Positions 27,410 through 37,726 are shown, counted from the first letter of the stretch. The stretch: 46,514 bases of DNA from Pseudomonadota bacterium (GCA_015486505.1 WFRP01000068.1:1-46514); one strand, 5' to 3'. Notes: generated by a model from the letters alone, not told the origin. Numbers and translations are program-made.

Positions 27410-28141
27410 ATGAAGCAACTAACTCGGCTGCCGTCTCTCTCACCTCTGATCCGTTCCCGCATTAGTACCTTACAGGTTATTTTCTGCACCCAAAAAAAAG
27501 ATTTAATAACCAGAAAATGTTCTGATAAAAGTACTTATTTGCGGGCCGAAAAAACCCGATTGGGTTGCGAAATAAGTTCCCGCATTAGCTTTATTCTCCT
27601 GTTTTTATGCTTCCTGGCCACCGCTGCCGCACCGTTCTCAGCGCATAGCGCCGAGCGGCCGGGATACCATATCGGTCCGGGTGATATTCTTGAGATTTCA
27701 GTCTGGAAAGAGGAATCCTTAAGCCGTGAAATAATCGTGCCCCCGGATCGGATAATCACTTTCCCGCTGATCGGCGATATCAACATTACGACCATGACAG
27801 TTACTGATCTGCGCCGGGAAATCAGTAAACGGGTGCAGGATTTTGTCCCGGACGCCACGGTTACGGTTATGCTGCGCCAGATAAACTCCCTGAAGGCCTA
27901 CGTTATCGGCAAAGTCAACAAGCCCGGCATCTTTCCGATTGATTTGGAGACCACGGTCATGCAGGTTCTGGCAATGGCCGGCGGCCTTAATCCCTTTGCC
28001 GCCGAGAGTAAAATCTATATTCTACGCCATGAAAACGGGGTAATGAAAAAAATCCCCTTCGACTATAACGAAGTCGAAAAAGGCAAGAACCTGGCCCAGA
28101 ATATCATCTTGAAACGTGGCGATGTTATTGTGGTACCCTGA
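27410..28141 (+). CDS. Polysaccharide export protein (Wza/SLBB-type, PEP-CTERM-locus subfamily-like)
   Basis: The mature part has the Poly_export/SLBB signature (YHIGPGDILEISVW...FPLIGDI...GKVNKPG). The signal peptide ISFILLFLCFLATAAAPFSAHSA is present. The start is uncertain. ATG 27410 reads through the repeat element, and an in-frame TTG at 27560 would give a normal-length signal peptide. Confidence 0.75.
   Translation: MKQLTRLPSLSPLIRSRISTLQVIFCTQKKDLITRKCSDKSTYLRAEKTRLGCEISSRISFILLFLCFLATAAAPFSAHSAERPGYHIGPGDILEISVWKEESLSREIIVPPDRIITFPLIGDINITTMTVTDLRREISKRVQDFVPDATVTVMLRQINSLKAYVIGKVNKPGIFPIDLETTVMQVLAMAGGLNPFAAESKIYILRHENGVMKKIPFDYNEVEKGKNLAQNIILKRGDVIVVP
27453..27588 (+). repeat. A-B-C copy of the mosaic intergenic repeat, with a degenerate C hairpin
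   Basis: GTTCCCGCATTAGTACCTTACAGGTTATTTTCTGCACCC...AGAAAATGTTCTGATAAAAGTACTTATTTGCGGGCC...GGGTTGCGAAATAAGTTCCCGCATTAG. Confidence 0.9.
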
Positions 28142-28204
28142 ACCCACCCAACCAACAACACGCTGACACCAACCGACATCAGTTTTCAGGATACCTAAAA
28201 CACC

Positions 28205-29986
28205 ATGCAGCAAAGCGAAGGCATTTCCCTGGATCAGATCCGGGGCATAATCAGACGGCAGAAAAACATTTTCATAACTGTTTTTCTGCTGGTCTGGTTT
28301 GTCGCCATCGCCCTGGCCCTGATCCTGCCGCCGGTCTATCGGGCCGAGACCACAATCCTGATTGAAGAACAGCAGATCCCCCAGGAATTTGTCCGCACAA
28401 CCATCACCAGCTATGTTGAGGAACGCCTCCAGGTTATTACGCAACAGATAATGAGCCGGCCGCGCCTGGAGGAGATCATAAAACGCTTCTCACTCTACCC
28501 GAAAATGAAGAAAAATCATACCCGTGAGGAGATTATTGACCGCTTACGCAAAGACATTTCGCTCAAAACCGTCAGCGCCGATGTCGTTGACCGGCGTACC
28601 GGCCGGCCGAGCACAGCGACGATCGCTTTCAACCTCTCCTACGAAGGCGCAAACCCCAGTACAGTTGCGAAAGTAACCAACCGACTGGCATCACTCTATC
28701 TCGAAGAAAACCTGCGGCAGCGGGAGAAACGGGTCAGCAATATTACCTCTTTCCTGCAACAGGAACATGATGGACTGAGCAAACAGATCAACGAGCTTGA
28801 AGATAAGCTCAGCGCGTTCAAGCAGCAGCACGGTCGTGAACTCCCGGAATCCAACAATGTCAATCTGCAGGCCGTCAACCGCCTGACCCGTGATCTGGAA
28901 CAGAATCGAATCCGGCTGAGCTCGCTGTATGAGCGTAAAATCTACCTTGAAGGACAGCTGTCCGGTATCGACCCACAGCAAAATCCACTCCGCAACGATG
29001 AGGGGCGGCTGTTGCTGCAGCCGGATGAACGGTTGAAATCATTGCGTTTGGAACTTTTGAATCTGCAGTTACGCTATTCCGACAAACACCCGGATGTCAT
29101 AAAGACCAAACGTGAAATCACCAAACTTGAGGCCCGCCTGCCGAAACAACAATCCGGCGCGGTCGAACGCGAAGCCCAAAAAGAACAACTCAGGAAACTT
29201 AAACTGCAGGAGAAAGAGCTTATCGGCAAACTGGGCCGCAAACATCCGGATCGAATCCGCCTGGAAAAAGAGATCAACAAACTTGAACTGGAGATTGAAA
29301 AAAGCCGCGGTGATTTAAAGAACAGTGAACCGGGACTTGATGTGACGCCGGAAAACGCCACCAACCCGGCTTATATCAATATCAAGGTGCAGATTGAATC
29401 CACCAACCTGGAAATTGCCGCCCTGAAAGCCGCAATCAAACGAAACCAGGAGAAACTTGAAGAGTACCAGGCCCGCCTCGAAAACGCGCCCCTGGTCGAA
29501 AGAGACTACAATAAAATGCTGCGGGAGTTGGAGCAGGCTCAAGCTCGAAATGCGGATATCTCCCAGAAATTGACGGAAGCTCAGGTCGCCCAGGAAATGG
29601 AAGAGTCCCAACAGGGGGAACGGTTCACCATCATCGACCCCGCTTTAACTCCGGAAAAACCGTCCAAACCCAATCGTCTGGCCATAGCTTTAATCGGTTT
29701 TGTCCTCGCTCTGGGCTTTGCCACCGGCATCGCGGCCCTGCGGGAAAATCTTGATACAACCATTAAAAGCGGTGCCGATCTGGCCCGATTGACCGGACTT
29801 CCAATACTGACAACCATGCCGTTAATGGAAAATAAGCGCGAACGGCGGCGCCGGCATATGCGCTATATTTTCATCATTTTATTTATTCTCGGAGCTCTGG
29901 CAGGCGCCCTGGCGGCGATTCATTTTTATTACATGCCGCTCGATATTATCTGGATAAAGATTATGCGCCGCCTGGGAATTCAATAA
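28205..29986 (+). CDS. Chain-length determinant / GumC-family polysaccharide co-polymerase (PEP-CTERM-locus type)
   Basis: 593 aa with an N-terminal Wzz-like TM segment, a long coiled-coil region and a C-terminal TM segment. Confidence 0.8.
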   Translation: MQQSEGISLDQIRGIIRRQKNIFITVFLLVWFVAIALALILPPVYRAETTILIEEQQIPQEFVRTTITSYVEERLQVITQQIMSRPRLEEIIKRFSLYPKMKKNHTREEIIDRLRKDISLKTVSADVVDRRTGRPSTATIAFNLSYEGANPSTVAKVTNRLASLYLEENLRQREKRVSNITSFLQQEHDGLSKQINELEDKLSAFKQQHGRELPESNNVNLQAVNRLTRDLEQNRIRLSSLYERKIYLEGQLSGIDPQQNPLRNDEGRLLLQPDERLKSLRLELLNLQLRYSDKHPDVIKTKREITKLEARLPKQQSGAVEREAQKEQLRKLKLQEKELIGKLGRKHPDRIRLEKEINKLELEIEKSRGDLKNSEPGLDVTPENATNPAYINIKVQIESTNLEIAALKAAIKRNQEKLEEYQARLENAPLVERDYNKMLRELEQAQARNADISQKLTEAQVAQEMEESQQGERFTIIDPALTPEKPSKPNRLAIALIGFVLALGFATGIAALRENLDTTIKSGADLARLTGLPILTTMPLMENKRERRRRHMRYIFIILFILGALAGALAAIHFYYMPLDIIWIKIMRRLGIQ

Positions 29987-30060
29987 CTTACGGAGTGTTT
30001 TTTCGGACGTCCGGACAAATCTCGGATGTTTGCCGCCCAACCCGCGTTATAAGGATTTCA

Positions 30061-30981
30061 ATGTCATACGATAAACTGAAAAAAGCTCTGGCCCGGGCCC
30101 GGCAGGAGGATCAGGAACGCCGGGCCAAACAACCGGCCCCGACTGAAACCGCTGAAACTCCAGCTACGATTGCAAACGACAAACCGGGCCGGGAAACCGC
30201 AGCGGTAAATTCCGCCTTTAAGCAGCGTGAAACTGAAACAGGAGCGGCGCCGACAACCGCACCGACAACCGCACCGACAACCAATCGCCGAACAAACAAT
30301 ATCAAAGGAGCCGCCCGGACCAGAGTTGCCGAAATAAACCTTGAAAGCCTGGAAAAATACAAAATCATCTTCGATTACCGGCGGCATCCGGCCGCCGATC
30401 AAGTCAAGATTCTGCGAACCCAGTTGCTGCAGCGGCTGACCCCTGACGGCGGCAACGCAGTCCTGATGACAAGCCCGAAACCGGGTGAAGGCAAAACCGT
30501 CAACGCCATCAATCTGGCAATCAGCCTGGCGCAGGAGATTGAAAGAACCGTACTGCTGGTTGACGCCAACCTGCGCAATCCCACTATAACCGACTATTTC
30601 GGCCTGCCGCGGGAAAAAGGCTTATCAGACTACCTGCTCGGCGAGGTAAGCATTCCGGAAATCCTGATTAACCCCGGCATTGACAAACTCACCCTGCTAC
30701 CCGGCGGCCGCCCGCTGACAACCTCATCCGAAGTCCTGGGCGCGTCCCGCATGGCCGAACTGGTCAAAGAAATGAAAGAGCGCTATCCCGAACGGATTCT
30801 GGTTTTCGACGGCCCCGACATCCTGACGGCGGCGGATTCTCTGCTTTTTTCCAAATATGTTGACGGTATTGTCCTGGTGGTTGAAGCCGAAAGTACAACC
30901 CGCAACGACACCAAACTGGCGATTGAACGTATCGGCAAAGAACATCTGATCGGAACCATTCTCAACAAAGCCCGTGAATAG
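30061..30981 (+). CDS. CpsD/CapB-family tyrosine autokinase-like P-loop ATPase (exopolysaccharide locus)
   Basis: Walker A SPKPGEGKT. Walker A'/B-like VLLVDANLRNP and ILVFDGP. AAGGA lies before ATG 30061 (MSYDKLKK). No Tyr-rich C-terminal tail is visible. Confidence 0.75.
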   Translation: MSYDKLKKALARARQEDQERRAKQPAPTETAETPATIANDKPGRETAAVNSAFKQRETETGAAPTTAPTTAPTTNRRTNNIKGAARTRVAEINLESLEKYKIIFDYRRHPAADQVKILRTQLLQRLTPDGGNAVLMTSPKPGEGKTVNAINLAISLAQEIERTVLLVDANLRNPTITDYFGLPREKGLSDYLLGEVSIPEILINPGIDKLTLLPGGRPLTTSSEVLGASRMAELVKEMKERYPERILVFDGPDILTAADSLLFSKYVDGIVLVVEAESTTRNDTKLAIERIGKEHLIGTILNKARE

Positions 30982-31003
30982 AAAGATTACTGGAGAACCC
31001 ATT

Positions 31004-32164
31004 ATGTACGAAGATTTTTACAATTTTCAGGAAAAACCTTTCGAATTGATACCCAATCCGAATTTTCTCTATATGAGTTCGGGACATGATAATGCTTACA
31101 CCCATCTGGAATACGCGGTCCGTGAGAATAAAGGCTTTGTCGTGATCTCGGGAGAGGTCGGCTGCGGCAAAACCACCCTGATCAACTATCTTTTAAGTAA
31201 AGTCCCGACCGATTTGAAGATCGGTTTGATCAGCCATACGGATATCAACCCCGAGCTTTTCTTAAAACTCATCTGCCGCAAATTCGGCCTTCAATATAAT
31301 GGCCTTGACAAAACCGAAATGATAATCCTTTTTCAGGATTTCCTGCTGCGCTCCCGGCAGCAGCAGATCCGGGTCGCGCTGATTATCGATGAGGCCCAGA
31401 ACCTTCCGGATCAGACCTTGGAGGAAATCCGGATGCTCTCCAATCTGGAGACGGAAAAGGAGCATCTGATTCAGATCATTCTGGTCGGCCAACCGGAATT
31501 ACAGCAGAAACTCAGGCGCCCCCACCTGCGCCAGTTTCTGCAACGGGTGACCGTCCATTATCACCTGGAAGGCTTAAAAGACCAAAACGAACTCAAAGAA
31601 TATATCCAGCACCGACTCCGGGTTGCCGGCTGTCCCGCATATACTACACTGTTCAACGATCAGGCAATTTCAGCGGTCTGGGCCGGGAGCCAGGGAATCC
31701 CGCGTCTCATCAACTATATTTGCGATATGGCCCTGGTTCATGGCTATGCCGACGGTCTGACAACCATTACGGCAGAGGTTGTCAACGCCGTCATCGAAAC
31801 CCGGACGCAAAGCACTCTGTTCACCGCGGCCACACAGAATAAGGCCGAACCGGCCGAACTAACCGCACAGCCCTATCCCGCGAGCGAAGACACCCGGGCA
31901 GATATTGACAAATTAGGAGCCCGGCTCTCATTTCTTGAGAGCATAGTTGAGGCTCAATCCTGCCAACTCCAGGAATTATTTTCTGCCCGCTCAAGCCGGG
32001 ACCAGCTGACTCTGGAAATTTTTCGACTGCTGCAAAAAGATATTGAAAAAAGATGGGATTTAAATGCCCGCCACCTGAAGGCTCTGATTGCCCTGAAAGA
32101 GCTGAGACAGAAACTATCACTCAAAACTGAAAAACCGGGCCCTAAAATAAAAAAAGGCTCGTAA
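31004..32164 (+). CDS. ExeA-like AAA ATPase (PEP-CTERM-system-associated secretion ATPase type)
   Basis: MYEDFYNFQEKPFELIPNP N-terminus typical of ExeA-like proteins. Walker A GEVGCGKTT and Walker B LIIDEAQNL. GGAGA lies 7 nt before ATG 31004. Confidence 0.8.
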   Translation: MYEDFYNFQEKPFELIPNPNFLYMSSGHDNAYTHLEYAVRENKGFVVISGEVGCGKTTLINYLLSKVPTDLKIGLISHTDINPELFLKLICRKFGLQYNGLDKTEMIILFQDFLLRSRQQQIRVALIIDEAQNLPDQTLEEIRMLSNLETEKEHLIQIILVGQPELQQKLRRPHLRQFLQRVTVHYHLEGLKDQNELKEYIQHRLRVAGCPAYTTLFNDQAISAVWAGSQGIPRLINYICDMALVHGYADGLTTITAEVVNAVIETRTQSTLFTAATQNKAEPAELTAQPYPASEDTRADIDKLGARLSFLESIVEAQSCQLQELFSARSSRDQLTLEIFRLLQKDIEKRWDLNARHLKALIALKELRQKLSLKTEKPGPKIKKGS

Positions 32165-32211
32165 CTATTCAGCCAAATCCGGGGTCGGGTGCGACTTTTC
32201 TCCGCCAGGCG
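32161..32211 (+). repeat. Solo end fragment of the TIR element
   Basis: GTAACTATTCAGCCAAATCCGGGGTCGGGTGCGACTTTTCTCCGCCAGGCG matches the first 51 nt of the E arm. The TAA stop of the ATPase gene (32162-32164) lies inside the GTAAC of the repeat. Confidence 0.8.
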
Positions 32212-32294
32212 AAAAATTTCAGAACGACCAGGTCAAAATTACGATCTGCAGAAATTGTGGTCTCTCCGGCTGCGGGACATACATCGCCGCAACT

Positions 32295-33944
32295 CTATTT
32301 CACCTCTTTTCCCGGGATATATTGATCCAGCAGCGGCAGGGCTTTAGCCATAAATGATTGCAGGCGCTTATCGGCAGCTTTTATATCTTCAAATTCACCC
32401 ACCGGCGTAATCAGACGCACTAAAGCGCCGTCAGTACGCTGTTTCGTCAAAGCATCCCAGAAAACATAGATTTTCAATTGATAAGCGTTCGTCAGATTGC
32501 GGCCGCGCTGCGGGAACCAGTAATAAACCAGCTGACGAAAATCCCCTTTCAGCATAAAAGCCCGATTAACTGAAATCCGGCCGTAACCGGCAATCGCCAA
32601 AACCTGCTCGCCGGCCCGTTTAAAAACCCAGCCACTGCCGGAAAGACAGGAGGTCGGTGAGTGGATTGATTCGCCTTTACGTTGACTTTCGTAATAGGCT
32701 GTATAAAAATTAATCTCCTGACCACGGTTATTATAATAATCAATGATAAAGTAATCACTAAGATCCAGGGCATCGATAAATTTCTGCGCCATAGCCCGGC
32801 GCCGGCCGGTCCAGGGCCCAATCCGCAGGGGAAAACCGGACAGAGGCTTTATTGCCGGAATTTTCTCCCGAAACTCAACGTTTTTTGAGACCGCAAAAGT
32901 TGTAAGCATCATGATCGTCACGACTATCAGCATTATCATATGACGGCGGCCGGGATCCAGCCGCGGTTGCACCGGTTCACCGGCAGTTACAGACGCCGGC
33001 GAACCTGAATCCGCAACCCGCCCCGGAAGTTTGCCCAGCAACCACATTTCCAGAAGCAGAATCAGCAGGGTGATCATAAAAATCAGCCAACCGGAAAAAT
33101 CGTGCAGGAAACCTTCAGCAACCCGGGGGCCGAAAGGCTCATACAATATCCCGGTTGCAGCAATGCGGATACCGTTGGTCAAAACGATCAACGGGATTGA
33201 TGAAGCCACCAGCAAAAAGCGCTTCCAGAAAGGTGCCCGAAAAAACCAGGCCAGAATCAGGCTTAAAACTATAACGGGAAAGAGATAACGCAGACCGCTG
33301 CAGGCATCGACCACCTGCAGTTTGGTAAAACCGAGATCGATAATATTTCCCTCCCGACAGACCGACATATCGGCCATCTGCATAATCTTGACCCCGAGTT
33401 GGGAAGAGAGCAGTTTCAATTTTAATGATATGCGGTTATGCAGAAAACTCGGCAGGGGAAACATTGTCGGGATCAGCAGCAAGGGAAAGAAAATTACCTT
33501 GACCTTCTCCCAGCCCATATGCATCCAGGCCAGGGCTGACACCACCAGCCAGGCGGAAAGACAGAGGGTTAAATACTCCCCGCCCAACTCACCCAGCCAA
33601 TACAAGGATAAAGCCGAAATGAAAAAGATAAAACCGGCAAGAGAAAATCGATTCGGCAAACTTTTGAGCTCTAATCGTTTCTCCCAGATAATATATACAA
33701 TAACTGCCGGTACCAGATAGCAATAATTATAATCTTCACTATTCCAGTTCCCGACCATATGCAAAAGCCCATCCCGGTAAACTAATCCGAGCAAAGCGGC
33801 ATAAAGCAATATCACTGCGCCCCAAAAAGATCTTTTTTCAGTCACAATGTCACCACCAGAAAAGTTATAGTCGGCAAATTCCCGAAAAAATTGCGGCAAC
33901 CCCGCCATCTCAAAATCAGTAATGGCATTAACCGCAAAAGTCAA
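32295..33944 (-). CDS. Exosortase fused to a C-terminal EpsI-family domain
   Basis: 549 aa. The polytopic N-terminal half carries the exosortase signature region (EDYNYCYLVP..., VVDACSGLRYLF, TNGIRIA). The C-terminal soluble half resembles EpsI (methanolan biosynthesis) family proteins. Confidence 0.75.
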   Translation of the reverse strand: MTFAVNAITDFEMAGLPQFFREFADYNFSGGDIVTEKRSFWGAVILLYAALLGLVYRDGLLHMVGNWNSEDYNYCYLVPAVIVYIIWEKRLELKSLPNRFSLAGFIFFISALSLYWLGELGGEYLTLCLSAWLVVSALAWMHMGWEKVKVIFFPLLLIPTMFPLPSFLHNRISLKLKLLSSQLGVKIMQMADMSVCREGNIIDLGFTKLQVVDACSGLRYLFPVIVLSLILAWFFRAPFWKRFLLVASSIPLIVLTNGIRIAATGILYEPFGPRVAEGFLHDFSGWLIFMITLLILLLEMWLLGKLPGRVADSGSPASVTAGEPVQPRLDPGRRHMIMLIVVTIMMLTTFAVSKNVEFREKIPAIKPLSGFPLRIGPWTGRRRAMAQKFIDALDLSDYFIIDYYNNRGQEINFYTAYYESQRKGESIHSPTSCLSGSGWVFKRAGEQVLAIAGYGRISVNRAFMLKGDFRQLVYYWFPQRGRNLTNAYQLKIYVFWDALTKQRTDGALVRLITPVGEFEDIKAADKRLQSFMAKALPLLDQYIPGKEVK

Positions 33945-34090
33945 GTCTGATCAAATTTGCTTCAAATCGTGACAAATCAAAGTCTTTTTCGTTATGTGTT
34001 TTTGCGCCCCCCGTTGCCGGTTCTACAAATACCCATAAGTCAAGCCTGACCGTATGCCCCATCACAAAGGCCTGGAAGCATACCAGACCG

Positions 34091-34534
34091 CTATTTAGCC
34101 ATCTCGCTGAAAATTACGCTGAGTTTCCAAAAAATCGAAATCAGGACAAAGACTAAACCAACCAGAAAGATTGAGAACAATTTTAGTAACCGACCTTTTT
34201 TGCAGGCAGCCTTACCTCTTAAAACAGGTGTATCTTTAACCACTTTAACCTTTGGCGGTGGAAACTGCCGGTAATAAATAATTTTTTTGCCCAGGTTCCA
34301 GAACCAGACCGAAAATGCCGATAGCGGAACAACAAACAAAGTTGTAATCGCAAGAAAAACGATCTTCACCCGCAGCCCGGTCTGATTTTGATTCGCTACA
34401 ATCCATTCTGCGACCGCAAAGGTTAAGGATTTCTCGATTTGCAAAAGAATGACCCCGATTATGGCGCAAATCCCGATAGCAATAAACACTTTTTTTCGCA
34501 GAAGCGGATCGGCTTTTTGGATCTTTGGCATCAT
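34091..34534 (-). CDS. Hypothetical small membrane protein (about 4 TM segments)
   Basis: 147-aa ORF 36 nt downstream of the RND gene on the same strand. Hydrophobic segments only, with no recognisable family. Confidence 0.5.
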   Translation of the reverse strand: MMPKIQKADPLLRKKVFIAIGICAIIGVILLQIEKSLTFAVAEWIVANQNQTGLRVKIVFLAITTLFVVPLSAFSVWFWNLGKKIIYYRQFPPPKVKVVKDTPVLRGKAACKKGRLLKLFSIFLVGLVFVLISIFWKLSVIFSEMAK

Positions 34535-34570
34535 TTTCTTTATGCCACCGGCATAGCAGGTTGTGGTTAA

Positions 34571-37500
34571 CTATGATGGCGTCGTAAAAAACCGCTGGCG
34601 GAGTTTGTCGATAAGGGAATAGAAGAGCGGGACGTAAATCAGCGTCAGAAAGGTAGCGACGAAGAGGCCGCCGATGGCGACTACGGCCAGCGGGGAGAGG
34701 CGTTCCAGGCCTAAAGCCCGCTGGGCGGCAATCGGAAGCATACCGACGATGGTGCTGATTGCGGTCATCAGGATCGGCCGGGTACGGACCCGGACCGCCT
34801 GTTCGATTGCGGCCAGCAGCTCCTGCCCCTGTTTCCGGGCCTGTTCGATGAAATCAATCAGCAGAATCGAGTTGTTAACCACGATTCCGGCTAAAAGAAT
34901 CATTCCCATATTCGCCGGCATACAGGCGTGGCGGCCCACAAGCAAAAGGCCCCAGGCGCCGCCGATCATCGCCAGCGGAATGGCACTCATTATCGTAATC
35001 GGGGTGATCCAGGAGCGGAAGGTCGGCACCAGCGAGAAAAAAAGCAGGATTACCGCAAGCCCCAGAGCTTTGGCGAGCCGTTTGCCCGCCTCCCCCATAT
35101 TTTTAACTTCACCTTCATAACTCAGCTTATAACCGGGCGGCAGCTCCAACCCCTTTAACGCGGCCACAATATTCTCCTGCAGGAACGTAATCGCGATGGT
35201 GGCGCGGTAGCCGTAGATATCGACCGTCGGCTGCAGGTCCTGACGGGTGAACCGGGTCCGGGTTCGGGTTTTCACCAGTGAAACCAGCTCCCGCAGCGGC
35301 ACCGGGCCGGAATTACCGGGCAGGTAAATACCGAGCAGGGCTTCCGGGTTACGACGTTCGTTTTTCGGATAACGCACCCGAATCAAATAGCCGTCTTCAC
35401 CCGGCACCCGCAGGGTTGAAGCCGCCCCGCCCTTGACGGCGCTGCCAATCTCGGCGCTGATAATTTCCGGATCAAGACCGTAACGGCCGGCTTTCTCAAG
35501 ATCGATATTGAGCATATATTCAGTTTTATCATCGGTCCAGGAACGGCTGACCGTCGTCAAACCCCTGACTTTCCGCAGACGTTCCACAACCTCATCCGCC
35601 AGATTATCCAGAACTGCAGGGTCGGGGCCGCTGAGCATAACATCAACCGGAGCGGCGATAGACGAGAGCGGCGTCGCGCCGAAATCAAAAACATCTAAAG
35701 ATTTCAGCCCGGCGATATCCGCCGTCTGCGCCCGAATGTCATCTTCGATCTCCCAGATCGTCTCTTTGCGATGAAAACGATCGATAAAATGGGCGGTAAT
35801 CATCCCCTGCTGCGGGATTCTACCGGTGCCGAAACTGACAACCCCGGGTTCGGAACCGACGGTCGTCGACAACAGTTCCAGCCCTTTGATTTTTTCGAGA
35901 CGGGCTTCAATCCGCCGGGCAATATTTTCGGTCGCGGTCAACGCGGTATCGGCATCGGCTTCAAAGGCGATTTTAACAATACCGGTATCCATCGGCGGCA
36001 TCAGATCCCGGCCGTTAAGCGGCATCACAATTCTCATACTGAAGACAAACAGCATAATTACCGGCATAATAAAAATCAGTTTATGCCGTAAAGCCGTATG
36101 AATCAGCCGGGCAAAAAAATTGCTGATCGGATCAATAATAAAGTGATCAAACAGAGCCGCGATTTTTTCCAAGCGGTTTTTACCCGGGTTGGGTTTCAAG
36201 AAATAGGGCGCCAGGATCGGGATAACCGTGACCGAAATGATGTAGCTTGAGAGCAGCGCCAGGGCGAGAACGACAGTAAAGGGCCTAAGAATTTTCTCCA
36301 CATAACCGCCGACAAACATAATCGGCACCAACACGATAACCGTCGTATAAGTACCAGCCCAGTCGGCCAGCATAATCTCTCTTAAACCGTTAATCGCCGC
36401 TTCACGGATCGGTTCCTTGAGCTTGTGGTAATGACGTTCAATATTTTCAATCACCACAATCGCGTCATCCAGCAGGAGACCGGCGGCCACAATAACCGCG
36501 GTCAGGGTAACGATATTAAGTTCGTAGCCTAAAACATACATGGCGGCAAACGTCAGAAAATAGGTAAACGGGATCGAGATGGCCGCCAGCAGCGACATCC
36601 GCAGGTTGGCAAGAATCAGAAAGATAACCGCCACCGTCATTATAATCGCATCCCTGAGGGCGTCACTCATATTAGAAATGCTGGTCGTAATAATGGTTTT
36701 CTGGGTATCGGCAACCTGAAAATCAATATCCTTAAACTGTCGGGCAATTATCGGCAAGGCCTTTTCGACCGCGGCCATAGTGGTCGTCACGTGGCCGGCT
36801 TCCGGCCGCAGAAGATTAATCCCGATAGCGGCCCGGTTATTGCCGCGATAAAGCGACTGCCGTTCCCGGTAGTCGGTTTTGATAACCGCGATATCACCAA
36901 GATGCAGTTCACCGCCGCCGGCCGCGGCTTCGTGGGCAACAACTATATTTTCCAGGGTCGATTTCAGGAGATGTTCGCCCCGGGTTTTGATCAGAAACTG
37001 GGAATCCTGATTAATAATCAGACCATCGGGAATATTAACATTCTGTTTCCTGATGGCGAGGATTACCCGGGCTAAAGAGAGTTTATGCGCCTTAAGCCGC
37101 ACCGGATCGACCTCAACCAGAATCTCCGGGTTATAACCGCCGAAGATTTCGACGTTGGCGACCTCGGGAATCCGCAGAAAGGCTTCCCGAATTTCATTAT
37201 CCGCCAACTGGCGCACTTTGGCAAGATCGAGATGGCTGCCCTTTTTCGGGGTCAGGGCGAGGGTGAAAACCGGGGTGGTCGCGTCACTGACCCGAAAAAT
37301 CTCCGCCGGTTTAATATCCGGCGGCAATTTTGACTCGATCCGCTGCAAGGCGTTGGCAACGTCGGTCGCCGCCGCGTCCAGACTTTTGCGATACTCAAAT
37401 TCGACACTGACCGCGGTCATCTCATCCTGGCTGATCGAGCGGACTTTGCGGACCAGATCGATGGTGGCCAGCTCTTTCTCCACCGGCCGGGTAACCTTGT

Positions 37501-37726
37501 CTTCAACATCCGCGGCCGCGGCCCCGGGTTGGGGAATAATGACGGCGATTACCGGATAATTGGCATCGGGAAACAGGTTCAGCGGCATTGAGCGAAAACC
37601 GATAAAGCCCAGAGCGGCGAGCAGCAGGATAAAGGAGAGGACCAGATGAGGATGACTGATAAGTTTATCGATAAAACTGTTTTTCAACAAGGCGCCCGCG
37701 CCCGGAGCTGAATTTTCCGCTTTCAT
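34571..37726 (-). CDS. RND efflux transporter permease (AcrB/HAE-like)
   Basis: 1051 aa with 12-TM RND topology and two large periplasmic loops. TM4 motif GLLLDDAIVVIENIERH. Confidence 0.9.
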   Translation of the reverse strand: MKAENSAPGAGALLKNSFIDKLISHPHLVLSFILLLAALGFIGFRSMPLNLFPDANYPVIAVIIPQPGAAAADVEDKVTRPVEKELATIDLVRKVRSISQDEMTAVSVEFEYRKSLDAAATDVANALQRIESKLPPDIKPAEIFRVSDATTPVFTLALTPKKGSHLDLAKVRQLADNEIREAFLRIPEVANVEIFGGYNPEILVEVDPVRLKAHKLSLARVILAIRKQNVNIPDGLIINQDSQFLIKTRGEHLLKSTLENIVVAHEAAAGGGELHLGDIAVIKTDYRERQSLYRGNNRAAIGINLLRPEAGHVTTTMAAVEKALPIIARQFKDIDFQVADTQKTIITTSISNMSDALRDAIIMTVAVIFLILANLRMSLLAAISIPFTYFLTFAAMYVLGYELNIVTLTAVIVAAGLLLDDAIVVIENIERHYHKLKEPIREAAINGLREIMLADWAGTYTTVIVLVPIMFVGGYVEKILRPFTVVLALALLSSYIISVTVIPILAPYFLKPNPGKNRLEKIAALFDHFIIDPISNFFARLIHTALRHKLIFIMPVIMLFVFSMRIVMPLNGRDLMPPMDTGIVKIAFEADADTALTATENIARRIEARLEKIKGLELLSTTVGSEPGVVSFGTGRIPQQGMITAHFIDRFHRKETIWEIEDDIRAQTADIAGLKSLDVFDFGATPLSSIAAPVDVMLSGPDPAVLDNLADEVVERLRKVRGLTTVSRSWTDDKTEYMLNIDLEKAGRYGLDPEIISAEIGSAVKGGAASTLRVPGEDGYLIRVRYPKNERRNPEALLGIYLPGNSGPVPLRELVSLVKTRTRTRFTRQDLQPTVDIYGYRATIAITFLQENIVAALKGLELPPGYKLSYEGEVKNMGEAGKRLAKALGLAVILLFFSLVPTFRSWITPITIMSAIPLAMIGGAWGLLLVGRHACMPANMGMILLAGIVVNNSILLIDFIEQARKQGQELLAAIEQAVRVRTRPILMTAISTIVGMLPIAAQRALGLERLSPLAVVAIGGLFVATFLTLIYVPLFYSLIDKLRQRFFTTPS

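Noticed and set aside
27246-27443. 65-aa minus-strand ORF between arsR and the export gene
   Set aside because: It sits in the AT-rich divergent promoter region, with no RBS or recognisable motif. Likely spurious.
30247-30282. 12-bp x3 tandem repeat (GC(G/A)CCGACAACC) inside the tyrosine-kinase-like gene
   Set aside because: It is in-frame, encodes APTTAPTTAPTT in a disordered N-terminal linker, and is not an independent feature. It is noted only as a possible slippage-variable tract.
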